Virus record (IMG/VR): IMGVR_UViG_3300042887_005053
Location: 1-64,000 of that record
Length of the DNA stretch: 64,000 bases
Direction: 5' to 3' (one strand)
The notes under the pieces: generated by a model
Told to the model about the DNA's origin: nothing
Database searches by the model: none
The model's input: the letters and a program-made list of their open reading frames with translations, nothing else
Translations under genes and position numbers: made by a program
Shown: piece by piece, positions 47,563-57,615 of the stretch
Layout: each line of letters begins with the position of its first letter
How positions within the stretch are numbered: the stretch's first letter is position 1

Positions 47563-50500
47563 TTATACTTTAGTTAAATGATAACTAATCGTTAAGTTAA
47601 AAGAAGCATTTAATCCACTACCAACTGAACTTGGTAGTGTTGGATTTCCATAAGTTATTTGTGAAGAAAACACCTGAGCCGTTCCACTTCTAATTACTGG
47701 ACTTTGGCCTTTCACGAGTGTTGATCTTGGATCATTTGGTGAGAACTCACCAAATCGAACAGCTTTATAAACTCTACTCTGTGTAGAGGTTAACATAAAA
47801 TCTACAATTTGTGGTTTATTACTTACACCATCCCCAATCATTATTTGTTCATTAGTTGAGTAACCAGTTGCTCCAGCTCCAAATACCTCTACTATACACT
47901 CGTCTATAACAACAACTGAATCTATTGGAACATCAATATCAAGACTTACTGGATTATCTCCTAAATTTTGAATTATTGTATCATCTAAATATTTTGTTAC
48001 TATTTTTTTCTCGTTGAACTGATCTAAATTAATTTTGCTAACATCTTTTTTAATTAACGGTTTAGCATTTGTGATAACATAACCAGTATTAGGTGAACCT
48101 TTTATAGGTGTTATTTCTTGTGTTATTGGGACTGATACTCCATCAACATTACAATCAACTGCCAACCACTCAAAACCAAGGAAATTATATTCTTCGACAC
48201 TCTCTACTACTCCTCCAATTTCACTACACTTTTCAATGGTCTCTTCCCATTCATCTTGTGATATAAAGCCAGAATAATCTTCATTCGGATTATAACCAGT
48301 GTTTGTGCCAATTAATAATTTAGCTTCTGATACTTTTGCTTTTGGTTGATATTTTTTGAATTTTGTATTAAATTCAGTTGGTTCACCTTTTGAGCCTTTA
48401 GTTTGAAGTTTCGTAAACTGAAACTCCCAAACTCTTTGTGGTTGTGCAGATAAAGATAAGCTTTGTGTAGATCCACCTTCATATCTTGCGATAAATGTTG
48501 GATTTTCAGCTGTGTAATCCATTCCAGCATATACTCTTTGAAAAGATCTAGATGATGTGTATCCTACATATATCACTGGTGATTTTAGTTTGTTAGGTGT
48601 ACCAAAAGTTATATAACTATCAGAGTGTAGATACATTCTATCATAATAAAGATCGTCATATTTAATTAATATCGGTAATCTCATACTACTATTTTCACCA
48701 AAATAAGAGAAATTTTGTTCCTTATCACCAGTGTTTAACATACCAACACCATTAACTGGTTGTGAGTCAATAGAACTTATACGACCAATCACCATGATAC
48801 TTTGAGTACCGCCTTCTCCATGAACAGATCTAGTTAAATTAACAGTTAAAGCTTTAGCAAAATCACCTTCAGCATTAATTAAGAAATTAGAATCTAATGA
48901 CCAGTCTTGAGAAATACTAGTTCTATCGTTTAATATTACAATTTCTCTCTTACCTAATCTTGTTAGATCTCCGGTTTTTCTAATTGATACATTGTTATAA
49001 GTAGTAAAGTCTCCAGTGACTAATATTCTGTTTTCAAAAATTCCAGTTCCACTTGGAGCTTTAGTTATATCAAAAACATTTCCATTAAATCCATCTCCAA
49101 AATTTTGACTATGTGGAGTATCATAATCACCTTCTAATCTAATTATACGATTATAAGTAACTCCGTTATATTGAGTGAAATTGCCACCGATTATTAAAGT
49201 ATTGTTTAGTGTGTCTTCATAAATAGTATTTACTCTACCATTAAATCCACTTGCTGTAGTGTTTAATGTTCCATCAACATTAAGAACAATAAATTTATCA
49301 CAAGAGATTCCATCAAATGATGTAAAGTCACCACCAACAAATATCTTTGTTTTATCCTCACTTAACTTAATAGTAAATACTTTATTATTGAAACCAGTAC
49401 CAATATTAGTAAGAAAAGTACTATCAATTGCTCCGGTTGAGTTGACTCTAACAATTCTATTTACAGTTGTAAAAGATAAATCATTAGGTGATTGTTTCCA
49501 TCCAGTAAATTCACCAGCTATGATATAATCGTCAGGATCAGGTGAGTTATTCAAAACAACTATTGATCTAACTGGTCCATTCACTCTCATTTCAAATGTG
49601 TTATCTATAGTTCCACTATCATTAGAGTTATTGATTCTTATTAAATAAGGTATATTCTCTTCATCGTACTGTTCAAATAATCCACCAACTAAAATTCTAC
49701 CACTGTTATCTGTAACTACAGTATGAATAATTTGACCAGGTAAATCATTTACATCACTACTAAATGATTCCGATACAAAGTAATCAGAGTAAAAATTAAT
49801 ATTTCTTGTGCCATCGTTAAGTAGCTTTGATAAAAACCCAACACTAAATGTTGTTCCTCCGTTAGCAGTCACACCTGGATACCCACCACCTAAAATTACT
49901 TCACTGTTGAACTCAGTTATTACTGATAGATGATAATCTTCACCTTCATCCCAACCAGTATGTAGTTCAACGCCACCTGGACCTTCATAAATTGGGTATC
50001 CACCTGGTTTATAACCAATAACAGTCCAAAGACCAGATTCCAAGTCAGGTACACATTGATAATTACTACAAACAAAACCGTTAGGACATAAATCATTCTC
50101 TAGTGAACAACCAAGTCCAGATACTAATGCAGAAGTTATAACTTCTCTTATGCAGTACCCATCAACACAAACATATCCAACAGGACACTCATCGTCTGCA
50201 TTACAGCTTAACACTTCATAGTCTTCACCTTCATCCCAACCAGTATGTAGTTCAACACCACCTGGACCTTGATAAATAGGATAACCACCTGGCTTTTGAC
50301 CGATTTCTACCCATAATCCGGATGCTAAGTCAGGTATACACTCACCATCTAAACAATAAAAACCTTCTGGACAACCGCCATCGATTTGACAAGCAAGGCC
50401 TGAACTCAAATTAGAAGTAATAATTTGTAGAACACAGTATCCACCAACACATACATATCCACTTGGACAATCTGAATTAATCTCACATTCTAAAATTGTT

Positions 50501-52275
50501 AGATCATCTTCTCCGTCATCCCAACCAGTATGAAATTGTGTTCCACCTGGTCCTGCGTAGTAAGGCATACCACCTGGTTTTTCACCAATCAATGTCCACA
50601 GACCCGATTGTAAGTCTGGTACACAAAGACCATCTTGACAAATAAATCCATCTGGACAATATCCATCTATTGTGCAACCTAAGCCTGTGTCTAAACCAGA
50701 ATTGATAATTTGTGAAATACAATATCCATCAACACAAATCATACCTGGAGGACATTCAGCAGTCATATCACAAGTGTTACACGGATAATTCATAGCGTTG
50801 TTATTAGAATCACCAATATCCGGAACGGTATTAACTTCAGTTTTTGGACTAACATACAATTGCATGTTGTTAGGACCAATATAAACACCTTGTCCATTAA
50901 TCTTTGATCCGACTTTGGTCCACTCACCAGTAGATAGGTTTGGAATACACTCACCGTTAACACACATAAATCCAATTGGACAATCTGCATCAATATTACA
51001 AGTAGATACTGCGTAGTCTTGATTTAGATAATTAACATCTGAGTTTGTAGGTAGTTCTAAAATATCAAAGCCAGGAGGATTATTTGCACCAGTCGAAATA
51101 CCACCACCGAATGTTTCGTCCCAAACAGAATTGAATTGATCGCGAGCGTTTGGATTATTGAAATCATCACCTAAAACTAAATACATTATCCACTGTCTCC
51201 AAGGAATACTAGAAACTTCAGGCATTGGTGGTTTCCAACCATTCGTATTAAGTATACCAAATCCAGGATATATTGTACTCATAGTCAATGATCTTACGGT
51301 TGGAATACTATATGACGGATTGAAATATTTACTTACTTTAGTAGTGTTTGATTTAGATAAAAGTTTCTTTCCTGTTTCATTTACAATTGAAAAAGAATAA
51401 GTACCAATTAATGATACTCCTAATGTTCTGCTAGCGGTAAATAAATTTTGAGTAAATAAATTCTGTGATCTGAATCTTTCATAACCTTTTTCGGTAATAA
51501 AAGGTGCATAACATTTATTGTTCATCGAAATACCACCAATAAAACTACAAGCAGTCGCACTTAAAGCAGAAGTTGGAACAACTGTTCCATTGTGACCAGT
51601 TATTTTAATTGAAGCATCTATAATTGGTGATATATTAAAGAATCGATCGATTGAACCTTGTCTGAATCTTGATGAGTAGCTTGCAAATATAATTTCTACA
51701 TAACTTCCGGTTGCAGAGCCTTGATGAACTAGTGTCAAACTTGATGTTCCATAAAGACTACTTGAAGTTGCTACAATATTTTCTGTTGAAACATTTAACC
51801 TTGGAGTAGACCACTCTAAAGTGTTTTTACCAGTGTAATTTAAGACTTGATTAGGCCTTGGTTTGACATTTGGTAAGCTATATTTATTATTTACATTTAA
51901 TCCACCACCAACAACTTTGAAATTACCTCTTTTTGTTTCAACTGCAACATCTTGATAATTACTAGTCGATTTAATAGTTTGATTAGTAAAATTTAGATTT
52001 GCCTGTATAGAACCTGTTGGACCTTGAAGACCCTGAAATCCCTGAAATCCTCTTGGTCCTTGAGAACCTGCTAACCCTTGAAATCCCTGAAAACCTCTTG
52101 GTCCTTGTGTTCCATTGGTACCTGGTCGTCCGTCAGGTCCTTGTGGACCTTGTGAACCTTGTGGTCCAGAACTTGATAAAGAGATGTCTTCCAGGTAAAG
52201 CAAATTATTATCCATTTCAGTGGCAGTTAATTTACTGCCTTTTTGGTTTCTAAGTACTAAAGAGTATGTTGGCAT
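47563..52275 (-). CDS. Tail fibre/adhesin: anchor, collagen, Cys-rich repeats, delta-60-type beta-propeller
   Basis: LRNQKGSKLTATEMDNN; Gly-X-Y run; ILVGGxF repeats; TAATATATA upstream. Confidence 0.75.
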   Translation of the reverse strand: MPTYSLVLRNQKGSKLTATEMDNNLLYLEDISLSSSGPQGSQGPQGPDGRPGTNGTQGPRGFQGFQGLAGSQGPRGFQGFQGLQGPTGSIQANLNFTNQTIKSTSNYQDVAVETKRGNFKVVGGGLNVNNKYSLPNVKPRPNQVLNYTGKNTLEWSTPRLNVSTENIVATSSSLYGTSSLTLVHQGSATGSYVEIIFASYSSRFRQGSIDRFFNISPIIDASIKITGHNGTVVPTSALSATACSFIGGISMNNKCYAPFITEKGYERFRSQNLFTQNLFTASRTLGVSLIGTYSFSIVNETGKKLLSKSNTTKVSKYFNPSYSIPTVRSLTMSTIYPGFGILNTNGWKPPMPEVSSIPWRQWIMYLVLGDDFNNPNARDQFNSVWDETFGGGISTGANNPPGFDILELPTNSDVNYLNQDYAVSTCNIDADCPIGFMCVNGECIPNLSTGEWTKVGSKINGQGVYIGPNNMQLYVSPKTEVNTVPDIGDSNNNAMNYPCNTCDMTAECPPGMICVDGYCISQIINSGLDTGLGCTIDGYCPDGFICQDGLCVPDLQSGLWTLIGEKPGGMPYYAGPGGTQFHTGWDDGEDDLTILECEINSDCPSGYVCVGGYCVLQIITSNLSSGLACQIDGGCPEGFYCLDGECIPDLASGLWVEIGQKPGGYPIYQGPGGVELHTGWDEGEDYEVLSCNADDECPVGYVCVDGYCIREVITSALVSGLGCSLENDLCPNGFVCSNYQCVPDLESGLWTVIGYKPGGYPIYEGPGGVELHTGWDEGEDYHLSVITEFNSEVILGGGYPGVTANGGTTFSVGFLSKLLNDGTRNINFYSDYFVSESFSSDVNDLPGQIIHTVVTDNSGRILVGGLFEQYDEENIPYLIRINNSNDSGTIDNTFEMRVNGPVRSIVVLNNSPDPDDYIIAGEFTGWKQSPNDLSFTTVNRIVRVNSTGAIDSTFLTNIGTGFNNKVFTIKLSEDKTKIFVGGDFTSFDGISCDKFIVLNVDGTLNTTASGFNGRVNTIYEDTLNNTLIIGGNFTQYNGVTYNRIIRLEGDYDTPHSQNFGDGFNGNVFDITKAPSGTGIFENRILVTGDFTTYNNVSIRKTGDLTRLGKREIVILNDRTSISQDWSLDSNFLINAEGDFAKALTVNLTRSVHGEGGTQSIMVIGRISSIDSQPVNGVGMLNTGDKEQNFSYFGENSSMRLPILIKYDDLYYDRMYLHSDSYITFGTPNKLKSPVIYVGYTSSRSFQRVYAGMDYTAENPTFIARYEGGSTQSLSLSAQPQRVWEFQFTKLQTKGSKGEPTEFNTKFKKYQPKAKVSEAKLLIGTNTGYNPNEDYSGFISQDEWEETIEKCSEIGGVVESVEEYNFLGFEWLAVDCNVDGVSVPITQEITPIKGSPNTGYVITNAKPLIKKDVSKINLDQFNEKKIVTKYLDDTIIQNLGDNPVSLDIDVPIDSVVVIDECIVEVFGAGATGYSTNEQIMIGDGVSNKPQIVDFMLTSTQSRVYKAVRFGEFSPNDPRSTLVKGQSPVIRSGTAQVFSSQITYGNPTLPSSVGSGLNASFNLTISYHLTKV
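49935..51003 (-). repeat. Repeats of 285 nt (95 aa) containing seven 4-Cys modules
   Basis: HTGWD(E/D)GED-coding block recurs at 49941, 50226 and 50511. Confidence 0.9.
52010..52168 (-). repeat. Collagen-like Gly-X-Y repeat
   Basis: GPQGSQGPQG...GPRGFQGFQG twice. Confidence 0.9.
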
Positions 52276-52290
52276 GTTTCTATATATTAT

Positions 52291-53070
52291 TTATTCAAAG
52301 TAATCATCAATGTAATTAGCGTCTACCGTATCATTTAGTGATGGATTAGAATATATAAATGATTTAACAATCAATATTGCTTGCTTATATTTATCAATTA
52401 ATTTAGTAGAATCATCATCTATTAAAGTAAGCGAATAAGTTGGCGAGAATATCTGCATCCAATAGTCTCCATTAGTAGGTAGAATTTGGTTATCATAGTC
52501 ATAAGTATAAGGTATAAAACACTCATAAATGTTACTGTTGTATCTCACATAATCTTCTTTTGCGAATGGTATAACTTGAGTTGGATCTTCCTCAAATGTT
52601 GGTATAGCGTTTAATACAGAGTCAGGTAGACCACTTGTTACTTCTAAATTAATAATTCTATCTTGATCTTGTTTTTCAACTAGTTTAGGGTCTTTGTATA
52701 AAATATAAGGTTCAATTTGCTCTACTTCTTTAATGTCTCCTAAATAATGATTAGTTGGTGTATCATAGAAACTAAATCCAATTGGATAAAGTTGATTATC
52801 ATCAAATAGTTTCTTTAATTTAATTTGAAAAAGAGAGTTAGTTACTTGTCTTACTTTATCATAGGTTTGTCTCTTAAAATCACTTATACTGAGATATCTT
52901 TTAATATTGATTTTAAATTTAGTGTTCATTACATCTTCAAGTAATGAATACTTACCACTATCTATTAGTTCATCAATATATTCAAAATATTCAAACTTGC
53001 CGTCCTGTCCTTTTTGTGCTATTTGTGATATCTTAATTGAGACTTTATTAAACTCACGTCTGTAACTCAT
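52291..53070 (-). CDS. Late hypothetical protein, likely structural
   Basis: DYVRYNSNIYEC...PT...YW resembles a CBM5/12-like module. Confidence 0.6.
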   Translation of the reverse strand: MSYRREFNKVSIKISQIAQKGQDGKFEYFEYIDELIDSGKYSLLEDVMNTKFKINIKRYLSISDFKRQTYDKVRQVTNSLFQIKLKKLFDDNQLYPIGFSFYDTPTNHYLGDIKEVEQIEPYILYKDPKLVEKQDQDRIINLEVTSGLPDSVLNAIPTFEEDPTQVIPFAKEDYVRYNSNIYECFIPYTYDYDNQILPTNGDYWMQIFSPTYSLTLIDDDSTKLIDKYKQAILIVKSFIYSNPSLNDTVDANYIDDYFE

Positions 53071-54122
53071 TATTGATTTAGTATTTTTTGAATCTCGGCA
53101 ACTTTGTCTTTGTTTTTATCATCTTGAATAAATTCGGCGAATTTTACAACTTGTCCCATTTTACCTTCATCCTGCTTTATTTTTCCAAGAACTTCTTTTG
53201 CCTTTGCTGCATTTTCACCAGGCTCTTCAGCAGGTCCTATTATTTCAGCATAACTCTTTTTAATAGTTGGTTTTCCATCTTTATCTAAAAGCACCACACT
53301 ATCTGGTCTATCTTGATCGTTCAACGAATCAATTGTCTTAACACCAACTATATTTGCTTGATCTTCTGGTTTTTTCTTAGGGTCATAATCAGACTTCTCT
53401 TTGTCTTTTAACAAGTAAATTACAGGTGTTTTTTTATCAAAAAGCTCCTTTAATTTATCATAGTTCATTGAGTCATCTTTTTGACCACTTTTCTTCTTTG
53501 CTTCATCAAATGCCTTTTTTACTTCTTCTTCTGTGAAATTCTTGTCAACATCAATTTGTAAAGACTTTTGTAGATCATCAAAGAATTTATTAGCAACTGC
53601 TTTCTTTGCCTTTAGATCTTTTGCCTTATTAACTTGATCAATATAGTTTTTCTTTGAAAATTTGTAGTTAATATCCTTTTTAAGTATACCTCTTTGTGGG
53701 TCTAAAACACCTACTAGTCCTACCCAATCAGCTGCTTTATTTCCCAGTAATAAAGCTTTAGCTATTTCTTTGATTGCAGCAGATTTATCTTTACCAAATG
53801 CTGATTCAACGTCTTTTCCGATATTTTCAGCAAGTTGTACTAGAGTGTTAATCATATTATCCATAACTCCAATAACTGAAGTTTCATCTTGAAGATTATT
53901 AACTTCTTTTTGTGCAGCATCAATAGCTTGATTGATATTAGACATCAAAACATCTTTTATCGAGTCTGGATCGTCTTCCTTGAACATTTTTTTGAAGTCA
54001 TTGACTAAATCTTTGAATGGTGCAGAAAAAACACCAGCTAATTTTCCTAAAGCGCCTTTAATTATACCACCTATGAATTCTTCGTTAATTTGTTGGTATT
54101 CTTTAAATTTTTGTACATCCAT
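53070..54122 (-). CDS. Helical Lys/Asp-rich late protein with CTS-like N-terminus
   Basis: MDVQKFKEYQQINEE; TAATATATA at 54143-54151. Confidence 0.7.
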   Translation of the reverse strand: MDVQKFKEYQQINEEFIGGIIKGALGKLAGVFSAPFKDLVNDFKKMFKEDDPDSIKDVLMSNINQAIDAAQKEVNNLQDETSVIGVMDNMINTLVQLAENIGKDVESAFGKDKSAAIKEIAKALLLGNKAADWVGLVGVLDPQRGILKKDINYKFSKKNYIDQVNKAKDLKAKKAVANKFFDDLQKSLQIDVDKNFTEEEVKKAFDEAKKKSGQKDDSMNYDKLKELFDKKTPVIYLLKDKEKSDYDPKKKPEDQANIVGVKTIDSLNDQDRPDSVVLLDKDGKPTIKKSYAEIIGPAEEPGENAAKAKEVLGKIKQDEGKMGQVVKFAEFIQDDKNKDKVAEIQKILNQ

Positions 54123-54218
54123 CTTGAAAAATATATTTAATCTATATATTATTTATTGTGGATCAATATTCAAAACAAAAAAGAGAAGTATCAATATAAT
54201 AATTAAAATATTTTTTTT

Positions 54219-54788
54219 ATGACTTGGCAAGAATATTTACCACTAGCTGAAAAAACCTTATCAACACAGTTTAATTGTGATGACTTATTTCATCAAAAAA
54301 TACTTCATTCTGTAATTGGATCTCTAACAGAAGTTGAAGAAATACTTGAAAACTATGTTAACGGAGAATTAATTACAGATGTTAACAAACAAGGTTCAAT
54401 TGCAGAAGAAACGGCTGATATATTTTGGTACATTTCTATTTTATACAGAGAACTTGAAATAACAGATCATCAGTATAATATTGAAAAGAAAAACCCATTT
54501 GAGATTCTTTTAGACTTTACTAAAGTTTCATTAAAATTTTTAGATTTGTTAAAAAAGAAAATCTATTATAACAAAGACATCGATAATTCCTTGATGATTG
54601 ATTTGTCATCTAAAATGTATTGTTTAATGGTAAACTTTTGTTATCAATACAATACAGATATATCAAATATTCTTGATAAGAATATAGATAAATTAAGAGC
54701 AAGATATGGAGATAAGTTTTCTTCCGAAAAAGCAATTAATAGAAACTTAGAAGTTGAAAAACAAATTTTAGAAAATGGAAAATCTTAA
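54219..54788 (+). CDS. MazG-like nucleotide pyrophosphohydrolase
   Basis: EVEE...EETADIFWY; NIDKLRARY. Confidence 0.8.
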   Translation: MTWQEYLPLAEKTLSTQFNCDDLFHQKILHSVIGSLTEVEEILENYVNGELITDVNKQGSIAEETADIFWYISILYRELEITDHQYNIEKKNPFEILLDFTKVSLKFLDLLKKKIYYNKDIDNSLMIDLSSKMYCLMVNFCYQYNTDISNILDKNIDKLRARYGDKFSSEKAINRNLEVEKQILENGKS

Positions 54789-55128
54789 ACATTATTTTAG
54801 AAATATTCAGTTAAGAAACAAAATGCTTACTCCTGATCTTAAAAAACTTCAAGCTCAGTTAGAAATGGCATTTGAGAGTAATATACAAGAAGCTGGTGTA
54901 ATTAATCCTGGGTATTTTTCATATTTTACACCAATTCTTGAGGAGTTCAAAAACGCAAAAGTCATTTCAACCTATCATATTTCAGAAGAACAATTTAGTG
55001 ATTCTTATAGTGGTAAACTTGTTAAAGTACCAGTTGTAGATTTATTTTCAAGTGATAGGTCTTCAAATCATAGAATTTTTGTTTTACCAGCTTCTCTTTT
55101 GAGAACTTTCAACATCGATAATTTGTAA
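54775..55128 (+). CDS. Hypothetical protein with C-terminal tag
   Basis: Ends LRTFNIDNL. Confidence 0.65.
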   Translation: MENLKHYFRNIQLRNKMLTPDLKKLQAQLEMAFESNIQEAGVINPGYFSYFTPILEEFKNAKVISTYHISEEQFSDSYSGKLVKVPVVDLFSSDRSSNHRIFVLPASLLRTFNIDNL

Positions 55129-55157
55129 TATTAGATTATTTGATTTATATTTGTAAT

Positions 55158-55415
55158 ATGAAGAATCTGTCAAATAAAGAGAAAAACAGAAGAAAGTTTC
55201 AAAAGATGTACAAATCACTTGAAAATAAACTTCATGATTCTAATTTAATTTGGTGGAATTCATTATCAATGAAAGCAAGATATTCTTTCTTATTTAAATG
55301 GATTTCTGCTAAGAGTAATATGAAGTTCAAGCATTTTCTTAAAGAGAATCAGTTTAGATATCAACCAAGTATTTCCAACTTTAGAGAAGCATCAATCGAA
55401 CATTTATTAAAATAA
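55158..55415 (+). CDS. Basic early protein with C-terminal tag (start revised)
   Basis: TATATTTG 4 nt upstream; ends FREASIEHLLK. Confidence 0.65.
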   Translation: MKNLSNKEKNRRKFQKMYKSLENKLHDSNLIWWNSLSMKARYSFLFKWISAKSNMKFKHFLKENQFRYQPSISNFREASIEHLLK

Positions 55416-55416
55416 T

Positions 55417-56370
55417 ATGAATATAAAAATTTTTTCTGGTTCCAATTATAAAGATTTAGGTAAGCAAATCAGTGAACATTTAGGTATCGAAATGGGTAGT
55501 CTGAGAATTGATAAATTCAAAGACGGTGAGATACTACCTTGTTTTTTAGAATCAATCAGAGATTTAGACATATTCTTTGTTAACAGTACGGACTCTTCTG
55601 AGTCTATTATGGAGACTCTTTTAGTAACTGATGCCGCAAAAAGAGCTGGTTGTAAATCATTTACCTTGGTCTCACCGTATTCTGGTTATTCAAGGCAGGA
55701 CAAAACAGATCATTTGAGATCTTCAATTGGAAGTAAGCTTTTAGCCGATATACTTGAAAAAGCCGGTGTCTCAAGATTAATAACTATAGACTTACACGCT
55801 AGTGCAATTCAAGGATTTTATAACATACCAGTGATTCACTTAAATGGAAACAAGGTATCGAGTAACTATATTAAATCTCTTAATTTAGATAATCTCTGTA
55901 TAGTTGCACCAGATCAAGGTGCTGTCAAAAGAGCTTCTGATTTTTGCAAAGCTTTTCCAGAGTCTTCTTTTGCTATGATTAATAAAAGAAGGCTTAAACC
56001 AAATGAAATTCATTCAATGGAGCTTGTTGGAGATGTTACTAATAAGAATGTAATAATTGTAGATGATATGGCTGATACTTTAGGTACTATGGTAAAAGCA
56101 TCAGACTTACTTTTATCTAAAGGTGCTACATCTGTAAGATGTGTAGCGACTCACGGAATATTGAGTGGTGAAGCACTAAATAATCTTGAAAACTCACAGA
56201 TAACAGAGTTAGTTGTTTCTGATACTATTAACTCAACTCTTGATAAAGAAGTAGCAATGAGTAATTCTATACACAGAATTAAAGTAATAAGTTGTTCATA
56301 TCTATTAGCTAAATCAATTTCGGCTCTTTATCAAAAGAGGAGTATTCACGAAATAAATGTAATTGAATAA
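55417..56370 (+). CDS. prs: Ribose-phosphate pyrophosphokinase
   Basis: FKDGE, YSRQDK, DLHASAIQGFY, APDQG, VDDMADT. Confidence 0.93.
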   Translation: MNIKIFSGSNYKDLGKQISEHLGIEMGSLRIDKFKDGEILPCFLESIRDLDIFFVNSTDSSESIMETLLVTDAAKRAGCKSFTLVSPYSGYSRQDKTDHLRSSIGSKLLADILEKAGVSRLITIDLHASAIQGFYNIPVIHLNGNKVSSNYIKSLNLDNLCIVAPDQGAVKRASDFCKAFPESSFAMINKRRLKPNEIHSMELVGDVTNKNVIIVDDMADTLGTMVKASDLLLSKGATSVRCVATHGILSGEALNNLENSQITELVVSDTINSTLDKEVAMSNSIHRIKVISCSYLLAKSISALYQKRSIHEINVIE

Positions 56371-56419
56371 TTAAACTTATTATTATAATCAGATATAAAA
56401 TAAAAAATAAATTTTTTTA

Positions 56420-57580
56420 ATGAGCAAACCTTATAAATTAGCACTTTCTCAGATCGTGAAGAACGAAGCACACGTTGTAGAAAGAATGTTAAACACGATT
56501 AAACCCATTATTGATTGTGTTGTTGTAGTTGATACTGGTTCAACTGACGGAACACAAGATGTAATTCGTAAATGGGGAGAAACAAACAATATTGCATGTT
56601 TTGTTTATGATAGACCATTCGATAATTTTGAGAATTCAAGAAATTATGCAATGGAAATGGTAAAAGATAAGTCTGAATATGCTTTTTGGCTTGATGCAGA
56701 TGAAATGCTTGAAATTGACCCTAAGGTTTTTGATAAAAACAAGTTAGACAAAGATCTTTATATGTTCAACACATTCATTGGAAGTATGAAATATACTCGT
56801 AATGAGTGTTGGAAAACTGATAAACCTTTTAGATGGTATGGACCTGTTCATGAATTTATTGTTTGTGATCAACAAAATATCACATCTGGTCTTATGGAAG
56901 GTCTATCTGTAAAAGTATTTATGGATGGTGGTTCTTGGAAAGGAAATATCGCTGATAAATACAAAAAACATTCGGCTATTTTAGAAGATTATATTGACAA
57001 CAAAGACAGAAATGCTCGTTGGGTATTCTATACAGCTCAATCATATCACGATTCTGCTTCACTTCCAGATAATAAAGTTGAAAATGAAGAGAGACTTAGA
57101 AGAGCTTTGAAATACTATAGAGAAAGAGTAGGTCGAAGTGATGGTTATGAAGAAGAAAGATTCTACTCACAGTTTCGTGTTGGAACTATTATGAGAGTAT
57201 TAGAAGAACCTTGGGCTTTAACACATCAAGAGTTGTTAAAAGCTTATACAATGGATCCACTTAGAGCTGAGCCAATTAAAGCTATTGTTGACTATTACTT
57301 GTCAGTAGGTGAATGGAATATGGCATTCTTATACACTAAGTTTGCTAAAGCTAACTTCCATGGTAAAAATCCATATCCTACTAGACTTCTATTTGTTGAT
57401 GAAAGTCTTTACATCTGGAGATTCTTAGAAGTACACGCAGCAGCTTGTTTCTATACTAATAGAAAAGAAGAAGCATCTGCTAACTACAGAGAATTACAAG
57501 ATGTGATCAGAAGAGCACCACAATACTTCACACAAGAAGATATTGCAAAAATCAATTCGAACGCTCAGTTCTTTAAGTAA
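56420..57580 (+). CDS. GT2 glycosyltransferase with TPR-like C-terminus
   Basis: IVKNE, DTGSTDGT, LDADE, GPVHE, FYTAQSY. Confidence 0.88.
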   Translation: MSKPYKLALSQIVKNEAHVVERMLNTIKPIIDCVVVVDTGSTDGTQDVIRKWGETNNIACFVYDRPFDNFENSRNYAMEMVKDKSEYAFWLDADEMLEIDPKVFDKNKLDKDLYMFNTFIGSMKYTRNECWKTDKPFRWYGPVHEFIVCDQQNITSGLMEGLSVKVFMDGGSWKGNIADKYKKHSAILEDYIDNKDRNARWVFYTAQSYHDSASLPDNKVENEERLRRALKYYRERVGRSDGYEEERFYSQFRVGTIMRVLEEPWALTHQELLKAYTMDPLRAEPIKAIVDYYLSVGEWNMAFLYTKFAKANFHGKNPYPTRLLFVDESLYIWRFLEVHAAACFYTNRKEEASANYRELQDVIRRAPQYFTQEDIAKINSNAQFFK

Positions 57581-57612
57581 AAAAAGAGAGATTAATTTCT
57601 CTCTTTTTTTTT
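57579..57612 (+). terminator. Intrinsic terminator
   Basis: AAAAAAGAGAGA...TCTCTCTTTTTT. Confidence 0.75.
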
Positions 57613-57615
57613 ATT

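Noticed and set aside
49935-51003. Diversity-generating retroelement TR/VR pair
   Set aside because: Repeats are coding and tandem, differences are not adenine-specific, and there is no reverse transcriptase in the window.
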